Shown one piece after another: positions 26,180 to 35,984 of a DNA stretch of 48,016 nt. Both the position numbers and the translations under genes were made by a program. Location: NCBI GenBank assembly GCA_937907405.1, contig CALCIC010000118.1, forward strand, positions 1-48,016, given 5' to 3'. Below the pieces are notes generated by a model, which made no database searches, was not told where the DNA came from, and saw nothing but the letters and a program-made list of their open reading frames with translations. The DNA comes from an uncultured Isosphaeraceae bacterium. Lineage in GTDB: Bacteria > Planctomycetota > Planctomycetia > Isosphaerales > Isosphaeraceae. Position 1 is the stretch's first letter, and every line of letters begins with the position of its first letter.

Positions 26180-26596
26180 TTAGAACTGCTTGAAGTAACG
26201 TCCGGAGTCGGTCGGGGTCGGCTTGGGAGTCCAATAGGATTCGGTCGCGGGCTTTCGCGTCCGCTGAAGCGCATCGCGGCCGATCAGTCGGAAGACCAGC
26301 GCGATCGGCGTGAACAGGCCGTAGTACATAACCGCGAGCATCACCAGCGAGACCGTCCAGCCGATCGGAAACGCGAGAATCGTCCAGAAGACGAAGATCC
26401 AGCGCAGCCAATCGGGGCGCAGCAGACCCAGCAGGCCCCCCGCGACCGCGAGACCGCCCAGCCCCGCTCCCAGAGCGACATGGCCGCGCCCCAGGACCTC
26501 CCATAGCCCGAAGCCGCCGAAGAAGACGAAACAGAGCCCGCCGAACTGCCGGAGGGTCTTGGTCGACGGTTCGAACCGGACGTCGGACCACTGCAT
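26180..26596 (-). CDS. SxtJ family membrane protein
   Basis: 'LRQFG', 'TPIALVFRLIGRDAL' and 'SYW...YFKQF'; lies between the carbamoyltransferase and DUF5989. Confidence 0.88.
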   Translation of the reverse strand: MQWSDVRFEPSTKTLRQFGGLCFVFFGGFGLWEVLGRGHVALGAGLGGLAVAGGLLGLLRPDWLRWIFVFWTILAFPIGWTVSLVMLAVMYYGLFTPIALVFRLIGRDALQRTRKPATESYWTPKPTPTDSGRYFKQF

Positions 26597-26657
26597 GAAC
26601 GCGAACCTCAACGGCCAACGGTGGAACGAAGCGGAGCCCGACGCCCCGATGGTTTCG

Positions 26658-28514
26658 TCAATCGAGCTGGAACTGAGACAGATAGCGCTCTCGGACGTCC
26701 TCGCCGGCCTTCCGCGCGGCCTCGTCCTTGACGATCACGAAGTCTTCAAGGACCAGGACGTCCATGTCGGTCGCCAGGAAGCAACGGTAGGCGTCCTCCG
26801 GCGTGCAGACGATCGGCTCGCCCCGCACGTTGAAGCTCGTATTCACAAGGACCGGGCATCCGGTCAGACGGTCGAACGCCTCGATCAGCCCGTGGAACCG
26901 CGGATTACGCTCCGCGTCGACGGTTTGCAACCGGGCGCTGAAGTCGACGTGAGTCACCGCGGGGATCTCCGATCGTACGATATTCACACGTTTGCGAAGG
27001 TCCGGGTCCTCCCGCATAGTGCTCAACGATTCGGCGTCTATGGGCGTCCGCCGGTCCTCGCGAACCGGGGCCACCAGCAGCATGTAGGGGCTCTCGTGAT
27101 CGGCGTCGAACTCGAACCAATCGGCCACCCGCTCCTGGAGCACGGCCGGGGCGAACGGGCGAAAACTCTCGCGGAACTTGATCTTGAGGTTCATCGTCGC
27201 CTGCATGGCCGACGACCGAGGATCGCCGAGGATGCTCCGCCCTCCCAACGACCGAGGGCCGAACTCCATGCGGCCCTGGAACCAGCCGACGATCTTACCG
27301 TCAGCCAGGAGGCCGGCGACGTGCTCGACCAACTCGGATTCCGACTCGCAGCGCCGGGCCTCGACCCTCTTGGCCGCCAGGAATCCAGCGATCTCGTCGC
27401 CGCCGAAGCGCGGCCCGAGGAAGCTCCCCTGCTGCGAGTCGCGGCCGTTGGGCGTCCGCGGCTTTTCGAGGAGCTGATGCCAGACGAACAAGGCCGCGCC
27501 CAGCGCGCCGCCGGCGTCGCCGGCCGCAGGCTGAATCCAGACGTCGTCGAAATCCCCCTCGCGGAGCAACCGGCCGTTGGCCACGCAGTTGAGCGCCACG
27601 CCGCCGGCCAGGACGAGGTTCCTCGCCTCGGTCCGCCGGCCGACCTCGCGGCCGATCCGAAGCACCGCCTCCTCCGTCACCCACTGGATGCTGGCCGCCA
27701 GATCCATGTGCCGCGATTCGAGCGGCGACTCAGGAGGCCGGGGGGGGCCGCCGAACAGGTCGTGGAACCGACGGCTGGTCATGGTCAGTCCCTGGCAGTA
27801 TTGGAAGTAATCCATGTCGAGCCAGAAACCGCCGTCGGCGCGAAGGTCGATCAACCGATCGAGGATCAAATCCTTGTAGATCGGCCTGCCATAGGGGGCC
27901 AGGCCCATCAGCTTGTACTCGCCGCTGTTGACCTTGAAGCCGCAGTAGTAGGTGAAGGCGGAATAGAGCAGGCCGAGCGAGTGCGGGAACGCGATGTGGT
28001 CGATCAGCCGGATTCGGGAACCCTCGCCGATTCCGAACGTCGCCGTGCTCCATTCGCCGACGCCGTCGAGCGTGAGGATCGCCGCCCGGTCGAACGGACT
28101 GGGGAAGAAGGCGCTCGCCGCGTGACTCTCATGGTGGTCGGTGAACACCAGGCGGGCCCGGTTCTCAGGCCCCAGCGCCCCGCGGATCGTCCGCCGCATG
28201 TGCAGCTTGTCCTTGAGCCACAGGGGGATCGCCCGGCGGAAGCTCTTGAAACCCACCGGCGCGTACCCGAGGTAGGTTTCCAGGAGGCGTTCGAACTTCG
28301 TCAACGGCTTGTCGTAGAACGCGACGTAGTCGACGTCGGCCGGGGACAGGTTCGCCTCCCGCAGACAGTACGCGACCGACTCGCCGGGGAACGCCGCGTC
28401 GTGCTTGACGCGGGTGAACCGCTCTTCCTGCGCGGCGGCCGCGATCCGGCCGTCGACCACCAAGGCGGCCGCGCTGTCATGGTAGAACGCGGAAAGTCCC
28501 AGGATCGCGGTCAT
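26658..28514 (-). CDS. O-carbamoyltransferase (NodU/CmcH/SxtI family)
   Basis: 'ILGLSAFYHDSAAAL', 'EERFTRVKH', 'HHESHAASAF', 'GEYKLMGLAPYG', 'GRMEFGPRSLG' and 'NTSFNVRGEP'. Confidence 0.96.
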   Translation of the reverse strand: MTAILGLSAFYHDSAAALVVDGRIAAAAQEERFTRVKHDAAFPGESVAYCLREANLSPADVDYVAFYDKPLTKFERLLETYLGYAPVGFKSFRRAIPLWLKDKLHMRRTIRGALGPENRARLVFTDHHESHAASAFFPSPFDRAAILTLDGVGEWSTATFGIGEGSRIRLIDHIAFPHSLGLLYSAFTYYCGFKVNSGEYKLMGLAPYGRPIYKDLILDRLIDLRADGGFWLDMDYFQYCQGLTMTSRRFHDLFGGPPRPPESPLESRHMDLAASIQWVTEEAVLRIGREVGRRTEARNLVLAGGVALNCVANGRLLREGDFDDVWIQPAAGDAGGALGAALFVWHQLLEKPRTPNGRDSQQGSFLGPRFGGDEIAGFLAAKRVEARRCESESELVEHVAGLLADGKIVGWFQGRMEFGPRSLGGRSILGDPRSSAMQATMNLKIKFRESFRPFAPAVLQERVADWFEFDADHESPYMLLVAPVREDRRTPIDAESLSTMREDPDLRKRVNIVRSEIPAVTHVDFSARLQTVDAERNPRFHGLIEAFDRLTGCPVLVNTSFNVRGEPIVCTPEDAYRCFLATDMDVLVLEDFVIVKDEAARKAGEDVRERYLSQFQLD

Positions 28515-28884
28515 GCCTGTCCCTGCATTCGATTCGCCCCGCCCGAGGACGCCCGCGACTTCAACGCGGCGCGCGGTCAGAGAGGTAGGTTACCACGACG
28601 GCCTCCCTCCGGCCAGTTTTCCGCCACGCGCCCGACCTCGGGCGCAGCCTCGAATCGACTCGGCATGGATCGGCGAGACATGAAGCAACGCTCATCTTGG
28701 CGCCATTCGCGCGTCCATAACCTATATAAGATTTTGTGTGCGCATCGTGTGGGAATTCGGCTTTCCCCTCTCGCCTGGCGAGACTCGTGCTCGGCATGGT
28801 ACAGTGCCACATGAGGGGATTCGCTGCCGTCCGACGGCCAGGTTCAACGCATAACACTACCTAATCTCAAGCGAGTCTGCGACC

Positions 28885-29679
28885 ATGGACAACGCCCTCC
28901 TCGATCAGCCAGCCCCTCCCCCGACCCAGCCCCGAAGTCAAAGCGAGCTTTCGATGCTCCTGGCCGCAGCCAAAAGCAATGGCCGCTGGATTATGATCGC
29001 CTGCGTCCTGCTCGGCCTGTCCGGGACGGTTCGGCACTGGCGCAGCCTGCAATTCCTGGCCATCGAGAATCAGAGCAAAGAATCGCCCTTCCCATTGAAG
29101 AACGTCTCCCACGTCCTGGGGACTTGGCGGGCTCAGGAAGGGGCCGAGGCGACCCTCGATCCCGAGATCGCGCGAATCGCCGGTTCAACCGATCACGTAA
29201 TCCGGTCGTACGTCGACGACAAGACCGGCGAACGGGTCACGGTGCTGCTGCTGTACGGACCGTCGCAGGCCGTCTGGGCGCACACTCCCGAGGTTTGCTA
29301 TCCCTCCTCGGGCTTCAACACCGTGATCCCCTCGCGCGAGGTCCAGATCCCCCTGGAAAGCTCTACCCGCACCGTGGCGTTTCGCGAAGCGCTCTACGGC
29401 AAAAGCCGGGGAGGGGTGACTGAACTGAGCGAGGTCTATTATTCGTTCCTCAACGCGGGCGTATGGCGATCCGACATGTCCGGGCAATGGAAGCAGTTTC
29501 GCTACCATCCGGGGATGTTCAAGATCCAGATCGAACGACACGTCAAAACCGCGGAACTCGGCGACAGTCCGGTGAAGGGACTGCTCTCCCTGCTCGTCGA
29601 GGAGATCGAGAACCGGTCGACGTCCCCCGCCGCCCCGTCGACGGCTGTGGCGAAGGCCGCTGGTCGTGAAGCGGACTGA
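28885..29679 (+). CDS. Exosortase-associated EpsI family (DUF3485) protein
   Basis: Single N-terminal TM segment; 'HTPEVCYPSSG' (the H-x-P-x-x-C-Y motif of EpsI); exosortase in the same locus. Confidence 0.82.
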   Translation: MDNALLDQPAPPPTQPRSQSELSMLLAAAKSNGRWIMIACVLLGLSGTVRHWRSLQFLAIENQSKESPFPLKNVSHVLGTWRAQEGAEATLDPEIARIAGSTDHVIRSYVDDKTGERVTVLLLYGPSQAVWAHTPEVCYPSSGFNTVIPSREVQIPLESSTRTVAFREALYGKSRGGVTELSEVYYSFLNAGVWRSDMSGQWKQFRYHPGMFKIQIERHVKTAELGDSPVKGLLSLLVEEIENRSTSPAAPSTAVAKAAGREAD

Positions 29680-29691
29680 CCTGGAACACGA

Positions 29692-29714
29692 CCGGCGCTC
29701 GGGTCGAGCGCCGG
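29692..29714. terminator. GC-rich hairpin after epsI
   Basis: CCGGCGCTCG-GGT-CGAGCGCCGG is a perfect 10-bp stem 12 nt after the stop. No U-tract. Confidence 0.5.
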
Positions 29715-29762
29715 GATCGAACCCCGGAGGTCGGGGGGACTCGAAGCGACGGCCGTCGTGGA

Positions 29763-30074
29763 TCAGGATTCGACGACGTCTTTCTCTTCGCCGCGCCCGC
29801 GCGATCGACCGCCCCAGGACGCCAACCTGACCGCCATGGCGACGAATCCGGCGACCGCGATTCCCACTCCCCCGATCATGAAAATCAAGATGAGGACCGG
29901 AATCAGATAGAGCGCCAGGCCGATTTGAACAAGACGAGCAGCCCGATCCCCCGCGCGTGACGGGGACGAGCCGACGGTCGACTCGGAAGGCGACGGCTCG
30001 GGAGAACCAGAGCGAGCGGCTCGCGACGACGTCGCCGGAAACGGAGCTATCATAGTCGCCGGCCTTTCATTCAC
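29763..30074 (-). CDS. Small hypothetical membrane protein
   Basis: One long hydrophobic segment 'LVQIGLALYLIPVLILIFMIGGVGIAVAGFVAMAV'; start uncertain. Confidence 0.45.
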   Translation of the reverse strand: MNERPATMIAPFPATSSRAARSGSPEPSPSESTVGSSPSRAGDRAARLVQIGLALYLIPVLILIFMIGGVGIAVAGFVAMAVRLASWGGRSRGRGEEKDVVES

Positions 30075-31016
30075 AAATTCAACGCAAGCTCGCCATGGTC
30101 GTTCGGAGCTGAATCACCCCACCCATGCTTCCCAGCTCACGTTCCGCCGGTCAATCCGACGATTCGACCCTTGATCGCCCCCGAGTAGCGCGACGCCCTC
30201 GGCCGATTCGTTGTCACATCCACGGGTTGCCGACCGTCACATTCTGTCGGACGTCGTGGTCGCGATGTTGATCTAAACCGCCGTGGACTCGATAACCCGC
30301 CTATAAAGGCACGACCCCCGATGCCGACGCCTCGTCCCCTCGCATTCATGAACCGAGGTCGTGGTCGAACCCGGACGAGCAAGAGCTTAGGCATAATCAG
30401 ACGACTCGATCGGCCTTTCAGGAAAAGTGTAGCTCAGCAATCACGCAAGAGAGAACTGTTACTCAAATTCACCATCGAAATTTGAAATCCGAGAGCGTCG
30501 ATGCACGGGGCGGAACCAACACCTAAGATCAAGAGGGGCAGCGTCTTCTTTTTTCATCGTGAGAGGAAGATCGGCGTCATCCGCGGCTCGCGCCATCCAG
30601 AACGTGGCGCCTCGTCCCAGGAAATCAGGCCCTCTGAGAACCGCCGCCCACACACCATGCATCAACGCGTTTTGTGTTTCGTGAACCGAGCGATGAACGA
30701 CCGACGCTCAGGACATGGATTTAATTTGACGAGATTGAATGGGATTGATTACAGTCTGGCAGAGACGGTTTCAAGGCGAAGCTGTGTCGGCCGACCATTG
30801 GCGGCTCAACTCGAATCGATCCCCGAACCGCGCCGTCGGCGAGAGCGTCACTCTGGTTCGGCTTGGCGATCGACTGAATGTTCCTCCCACGACGAACACC
30901 CGCGACTGCGGCGAGATTCTCTGTGTTCGACGATCTTCTCCTGAGCGAACGCCGGTTCGGGAGCATCGTCGGATGGAAGTTCATTCTGCTTATCCAACAC
31001 CCTTGAGTACCCTCTG

Positions 31017-33395
31017 ATGGACACTACCGACAGGAACGATTCGCATTTGCCGGCGCGGTTGCCCGTCTCGTCCTCGCACCTGCCGGCGATGGCTGCGGCT
31101 CGTCCCACGTATGAGGTCGCGACCGCGAATTCCGCGGTTCAGATCAGCCCGCAGGGGGTGTTGCGCGGCCTGGCTCGGAACTGGTGGAAGATCCTCCTGA
31201 TCTGGGGGGCCGTTTCAGCCCCCCTGGTTTGGCTGCTCTACGTTCAGGTCCAGCCGACCTACGAGGCGTACAGTAGGATCCTGGCCGAGCCTACGCGGGA
31301 AGGTCTGTTCATCGAACGGCCGACGGCGGGCAACACGGACTCTCACGAGCGTTATATCGAGACGCAGAAGCAAACGATTCTCAACGACCGGGTGCTCAAG
31401 ACCGCAATCGCCGACCCGGACGTGGCGGAGTTGGATTTCATCAAGAATACGACCACGCCGATCACGGACCTCAAGAAGCAACTCCAGGTCCGGAGCAACG
31501 GCAAGACCTACTATATCGACGTCCTCTTTGAATCCACAAATCCTTATGAGTCAGCGACGATCGTCAACTCGGTCGTGAGATCCTACCTGAAATTCAACAG
31601 CGAGTATCAGGGAGGAACCAACATCAAGCTTGTAACCGGCCTACAGGATTATCTAAAAGATCTTAAGCTTAAAAAGACAGCGCTTGAGAAGGAGCTTCTC
31701 GCGATCGTGGACAAGGGGCTGATCGACACCGCCAGGCTCACCCCCGCCCCAGCCGACCGCAACAGGAGGTCCGCCGACGAGAAGCAGAACGATTCGGCGT
31801 CGGCGCCTCCCACCAGGGACGTCACCCTCGAGCAGTATCGCGAGTACAAGGCGAAGATCTTCGACAAGGAATTCGAGTTGAAGATGCTCGAGTTCGAACT
31901 CCAAAGGCGGCTGGCGGAGCCCCAGGGTCAAGAATCCGAAATGGGGTTGGGGCTCACCGCCGATCAGCTTAAGGAACGAATCGAGGAAGTGTTCATCAGC
32001 GATCCCGAAATCGCCTCGCTGAGGTCGGACATCCTGGCGGCGCAGGATGAAATGGAGCACAGCAGAACCGTGGCGAGACGAGACTCCGACCCGGCCCGCC
32101 AGGCCGCTCGGAAGCGATACGAACAGTTGAAGACGACCTATGACCAGCACTGGCGCAAGGATTACGACAAGATTCGCGAGTCGGTGCTCGCCTCGTTGGC
32201 CGCCGCCGCCGCCGGCTCCGAACCGACCTCGACGAACACCTTGACGGAGGCTGAGTTGGAGTCGCGGATCAAGTCGGCGAAGCAGGAACTCGCGACGCGC
32301 AACGAGCTGTTCCAATCCATGGAGATCGAGCAGAAGACGACGCAGTCCGACACGTACAGGGCCGACCAACTCAAGGCCGACATCGAGACCTTGAGAGACC
32401 AGCACGAACAGATCAACAGGAAGCTCGACGACGTGAACTTCATGACCAACCAGGGCGCCGCGCGGGTCGAGTTGATCGACTCCGCCCAGGTCCTCAGGGC
32501 GCCGACGAACAACAAGCGGCTCAAGTACATCCTCGTCGCCCCGTGCGCGATCCTGGCTTTGGTGCTCGGGCTGTTCGCGTTGCTCGAGGTCAAGGCGGAG
32601 CGCGTGGCCGATCCCGACTCGCTGTCGACGCGGGTGCAGTCGGAAGTCTTCTCACTGCCGCCGCTGCCCATGGCCCGCGCGGCGAACAAGCTGAGCGGCC
32701 CCGGCGAGGACGATCAGATCGACCGCTTCATCCAGCGGCTCGACCATCTGCGATTCGCCATCTGCGGCGACAGCCCGGACGTCGGCCTCGGGCGTTGCGT
32801 GCTGATCACGAGCGCGATCGGCGGCGAGGGCAAGACGACGCTGGCGGCGCAACTGGCCGCTCGTTGCGGACACGCCGCGCACACGACGCTCTTGATCGAC
32901 GCCGACCTGCGGCGCGGCTCGCTCTGCCCCCTGCTCGACGTTCCCGAGGGGCTCGGATTGAGCGACGTGCTCAAGGACGAGGCGAACGTCGAGGACGTCG
33001 TCATCCCCGTCCAGGAGGGGACGTTCCACCTCCTCGGCGCCGGGACGCCGGTGGCGGACGCCAGCCGGCTTTTCCAGGGGCGGAACTTCGGCATGCTGAT
33101 CGCCCGGCTGCGGCAGATGTACGACCTGATCATCATCGACTCGCCCCCTGTGCTTCCGGTCCCCGACGGCCTGATCCTGGGCCGCTGGACCGACGGGGCC
33201 GTGCTGGCCTCGCGGTACGACGTCAGCCGGGCCCCTCAGGTCGAGCGAGCCCGACGCCAGTTGAACAACGCCGGCATCCCCGTCCTGGGCACGGTGATCA
33301 ACGGCATGCGGTCCTCCGACTCGTACTACGGCCGTTATTCCTACAGTCGCGGCCGAACTGGTCCTGGGGATCACGACGAGTCGCCCACGTCGTGA
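31017..33395 (+). CDS. wzc: Polysaccharide co-polymerase / BY-tyrosine kinase (Wzc-like)
   Basis: Two TM segments flank a coiled coil. Walker A 'SAIGGEGKTT', 'LLIDADLRR', 'IIIDSPP' and a C-terminal Tyr cluster 'SYYGRYSY'. Confidence 0.92.
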   Translation: MDTTDRNDSHLPARLPVSSSHLPAMAAARPTYEVATANSAVQISPQGVLRGLARNWWKILLIWGAVSAPLVWLLYVQVQPTYEAYSRILAEPTREGLFIERPTAGNTDSHERYIETQKQTILNDRVLKTAIADPDVAELDFIKNTTTPITDLKKQLQVRSNGKTYYIDVLFESTNPYESATIVNSVVRSYLKFNSEYQGGTNIKLVTGLQDYLKDLKLKKTALEKELLAIVDKGLIDTARLTPAPADRNRRSADEKQNDSASAPPTRDVTLEQYREYKAKIFDKEFELKMLEFELQRRLAEPQGQESEMGLGLTADQLKERIEEVFISDPEIASLRSDILAAQDEMEHSRTVARRDSDPARQAARKRYEQLKTTYDQHWRKDYDKIRESVLASLAAAAAGSEPTSTNTLTEAELESRIKSAKQELATRNELFQSMEIEQKTTQSDTYRADQLKADIETLRDQHEQINRKLDDVNFMTNQGAARVELIDSAQVLRAPTNNKRLKYILVAPCAILALVLGLFALLEVKAERVADPDSLSTRVQSEVFSLPPLPMARAANKLSGPGEDDQIDRFIQRLDHLRFAICGDSPDVGLGRCVLITSAIGGEGKTTLAAQLAARCGHAAHTTLLIDADLRRGSLCPLLDVPEGLGLSDVLKDEANVEDVVIPVQEGTFHLLGAGTPVADASRLFQGRNFGMLIARLRQMYDLIIIDSPPVLPVPDGLILGRWTDGAVLASRYDVSRAPQVERARRQLNNAGIPVLGTVINGMRSSDSYYGRYSYSRGRTGPGDHDESPTS

Positions 33396-33547
33396 TCCCG
33401 CGGCGGCGATCGCGGGCAGCCTTTGCAATAGGGCCGCGTGCAAACTAGAGTTTGCCGGAGGCCGCGAGGTCTCTTCGACCGACGGGCGAAGGTCCCGACG
33501 GTCGCGTTCTCCGCGTCCTTCGCAATCCGTTCGCGAGGAGTTCATCG

Positions 33548-34534
33548 TTGGCCCACTTCCCACTTGTCGATCCTCATGTCTCGCCGGCGGATCGGGGCGG
33601 TCCCGGGGATCACTCCGCGACGGCGAACCGGCTGGCTTCTCCTTCCCGGCCCTGGCTGCCGACGGCGGTCGTGGGGGGGCTGCTGCTCCTCTGGGCGTAC
33701 GCGCCGAATTTCAGCTACCTCGTCAACATCTGGAACACCGAGCCGAATTATTCGCACGGCTTCCTAGTGGTCCCGATCGCCGTCATGATCTTGTGGCGCA
33801 GGCTCGTAGACTGGAGCAATCACGACTGGTCCTCGTATCGCGCGCCGGTCTGGATCTGGATGCTGCTGGGCCTCTGCCTCGTAGGTCGCGCGATGGCCTA
33901 CGAATGGAGCTTCCAGTGGTTGGAGACCGCCAGCTTCATCCCCGTCGTCGCATGCCTCGTCCTCGCCCTGGGGGGCTGGCCGCTGCTCGCGCGAGCCTGG
34001 CCCGCGATCGGCTTCCTCGTGTTCATGCTCCCGCTCCCACCGTCGATCAACACGCTCGTCTCACTCCCCTTGCAGCGGATCGCCACGATCGGCAGTTGCT
34101 TCATGATGCAGCTCTCGGGGCTTTGGGTCGTCGCCGAAGGCAACGTGATCACCCTGGGGACGCCCCACGGCTCCAAGCAGCTTGAAGTCGCCATGGCCTG
34201 CAACGGGCTCTCGATGCTGATGACGCTCGCCGCGACCGTGACCGCGACGATCATCCTGATCGACATGCCGAACTGGAAGCGGATCGTCGTCCTGTTGAGC
34301 GCGCTGCCGATCGCGCTGATCAGCAACATCGCCCGGATCGTCGCGACGGGCTGGTGTTACTATTACATCGAAGGCGCCCGAGCCAAGGCGCTGGCCCATG
34401 ATTGGTCGGGATATCTCATGATGCCGCTGGCTTTGGTGCTGGTCGGGCTGGAAATCTGGATCTTGACGTGGTTGTTCGAGGCGGACGAAGAAGCTCAACA
34501 GAAGCCCTTGAATTTGGTGAGGTCGAGGTCGTGA
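33548..34534 (+). CDS. Exosortase/archaeosortase family protein (EpsH)
   Basis: 'NYSHGFLV'; catalytic Cys/Arg/His in 'VAMACNGL', 'NIARI' and 'HDWSG'. GAGGAG lies 7 nt before TTG 33548. Confidence 0.92.
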   Translation: MAHFPLVDPHVSPADRGGPGDHSATANRLASPSRPWLPTAVVGGLLLLWAYAPNFSYLVNIWNTEPNYSHGFLVVPIAVMILWRRLVDWSNHDWSSYRAPVWIWMLLGLCLVGRAMAYEWSFQWLETASFIPVVACLVLALGGWPLLARAWPAIGFLVFMLPLPPSINTLVSLPLQRIATIGSCFMMQLSGLWVVAEGNVITLGTPHGSKQLEVAMACNGLSMLMTLAATVTATIILIDMPNWKRIVVLLSALPIALISNIARIVATGWCYYYIEGARAKALAHDWSGYLMMPLALVLVGLEIWILTWLFEADEEAQQKPLNLVRSRS

Positions 34535-35343
34535 TCGAACCAGTCTGGGTCTGGGGCGTGCCGTTCGCGCCCATGACGCTTGAACAGACCGTCGAGGCGG
34601 TCGACGCCCTGATCGAGAGCCGACGTCCTTCCTATTTCATCACGGCGAACCTCCACTACCTGATGTTGTCCAACCAGAACCCGGACCTCGCGGCCGTCAA
34701 CGAACGGGCCGCGTTCATCCTGGCCGACGGCGCGCCGGTGGTCTGGGCGGCGAGGAAGCGTCCGACGCCGCTGCCCGAGCGGGTGGCGGGTTCGGATCTG
34801 ATCTTCCACCTCTGCGACCTCTCGGCGCGAAAGGGCCGCCGGCTGTTCTTCCTGGGCGCGCCGGAGGGGGTCGCCGAGGAGGCGGCGGAGAAACTTCGGA
34901 ATCGCTATCCAGGGATCCAGGTGGTCGGCACGGAGTGTCCGCCGTTCCGCAAGCCGACCGAGGCGGAACACGACCAGTTGCTCGCCCGCATCCGAGCCGC
35001 GAACCCCGACGTCCTCTTCGTGGCGTTCGGCCAGCCGAAGGGGGAACGCTGGATCTTCGAGAATCTCGAACGGCTGGGCGTCCCCGTCTGCGTCCAGGTC
35101 GGCGCCTCGCTCGAATTCGCCGCGGGACGGTTCGCCAGAGCCCCGCGGTGGATGCAGCGGACGGGGCTGGAATGGGCCTTCCGGCTCCTCCAGGAGCCCC
35201 GCCGACTCTTCTTGCGATACGCCCACAACGCCTGGTTCATGGGACGCATGATCGTCCAAGACTGGAACCGAAGACCAGAATCGCCCCGGATCGCTCGGAC
35301 GGCGTCTTCCTCGGCTGTCGAGCCTCCTCGGCGACCCGGCTGA
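34531..35343 (+). CDS. WecB/TagA/CpsF family glycosyltransferase (GT26)
   Basis: 'ITAN', 'ADGAPVVWA', 'ERVAGSDL', 'VAFGQPKGE' and 'RAPRWMQRTGLEWAFRL'. GTGA overlap with the exosortase stop. Confidence 0.94.
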   Translation: MIEPVWVWGVPFAPMTLEQTVEAVDALIESRRPSYFITANLHYLMLSNQNPDLAAVNERAAFILADGAPVVWAARKRPTPLPERVAGSDLIFHLCDLSARKGRRLFFLGAPEGVAEEAAEKLRNRYPGIQVVGTECPPFRKPTEAEHDQLLARIRAANPDVLFVAFGQPKGERWIFENLERLGVPVCVQVGASLEFAAGRFARAPRWMQRTGLEWAFRLLQEPRRLFLRYAHNAWFMGRMIVQDWNRRPESPRIARTASSSAVEPPRRPG

Positions 35344-35369
35344 TTCGTCCCCCTTCCTAGGAAACCGTT

Positions 35370-35984
35370 GTGAACCCCGCGCCGCCCGCCCGCCCAGCCG
35401 TGTTCCTGGACCGCGACGACACTCTGATCGCGAACGTTCCGTACCTGTCCGACCCCGCGGGCCTGCGCCTCCTTCCCGGCGCGCCGGCGGCCCTTGGGCG
35501 CCTGCGTCGGGCGGGGTTCGCTCTCGTCCTGGTCACCAATCAATCGGCCGTCGGACGCGGCCTCATCACCGAGGAGCGGCTGGTTGAGATCCACGACGCG
35601 TTGCACCGATTACTGGCCGAAGAAGGCGCGGCGCTCGACGCCGTCTACTACTGCCCCGACGCCCCGCGCGGCGACGACCGCACGGTCGTCGAGAACCCCG
35701 ACCGCAAGCCGGGTCCGGGCATGATTCATCGCGCGACGCGCGAGCTGGGCCTGGATCTCGACGCCTCGTGGATGGTCGGCGACCTGATCAGCGACGTCCT
35801 CGCCGGCCTGAACGCGGGCTGCCGAAGCATTTTGGTAGGGTCCAACGCGACGCTCTCGGAACTCCCCGCGCAGGCGGACCGCGCCCGCGTGCGCGTCGCC
35901 TCCGACCTCGCCGACGCGGCCGAATTGATCCTCAACGACTCCAACCGGCGTCTTCATCCACGCGAGGAACTCGCCCGATCATGA
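35370..35984 (+). CDS. gmhB: D-glycero-D-manno-heptose 1,7-bisphosphate phosphatase (HAD IIIA)
   Basis: 'AVFLDRDDTL', 'VTNQSAVGRG', 'RKPGPGM' and 'SWMVGD'; hldE lies in the same locus. Confidence 0.85.
   Translation: MNPAPPARPAVFLDRDDTLIANVPYLSDPAGLRLLPGAPAALGRLRRAGFALVLVTNQSAVGRGLITEERLVEIHDALHRLLAEEGAALDAVYYCPDAPRGDDRTVVENPDRKPGPGMIHRATRELGLDLDASWMVGDLISDVLAGLNAGCRSILVGSNATLSELPAQADRARVRVASDLADAAELILNDSNRRLHPREELARS

Noticed and set aside
6722-27747. Other C/G runs of 8-9 nt (about 6722, 8157 and 27740) as phase-variation sites
   Set aside because: They lie within intact reading frames encoding Gly/Pro and are expected background at this GC content.
25929-28514. Saxitoxin biosynthesis cluster
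   Set aside because: Only the widespread sxtI/J/K-like triad is present. There is no sxtA, sxtG or other core gene in the window.
30427-30438. GTGTAGCTCAGC resembling a tRNA 5' end/D-arm
   Set aside because: There is no T-arm (GTTCRA) at the right distance, no acceptor-stem pairing and no CCA.
30137-31108. Short ORFs in the region upstream of wzc
   Set aside because: They have atypical composition, no RBS or motif support, and overlap each other on both strands.
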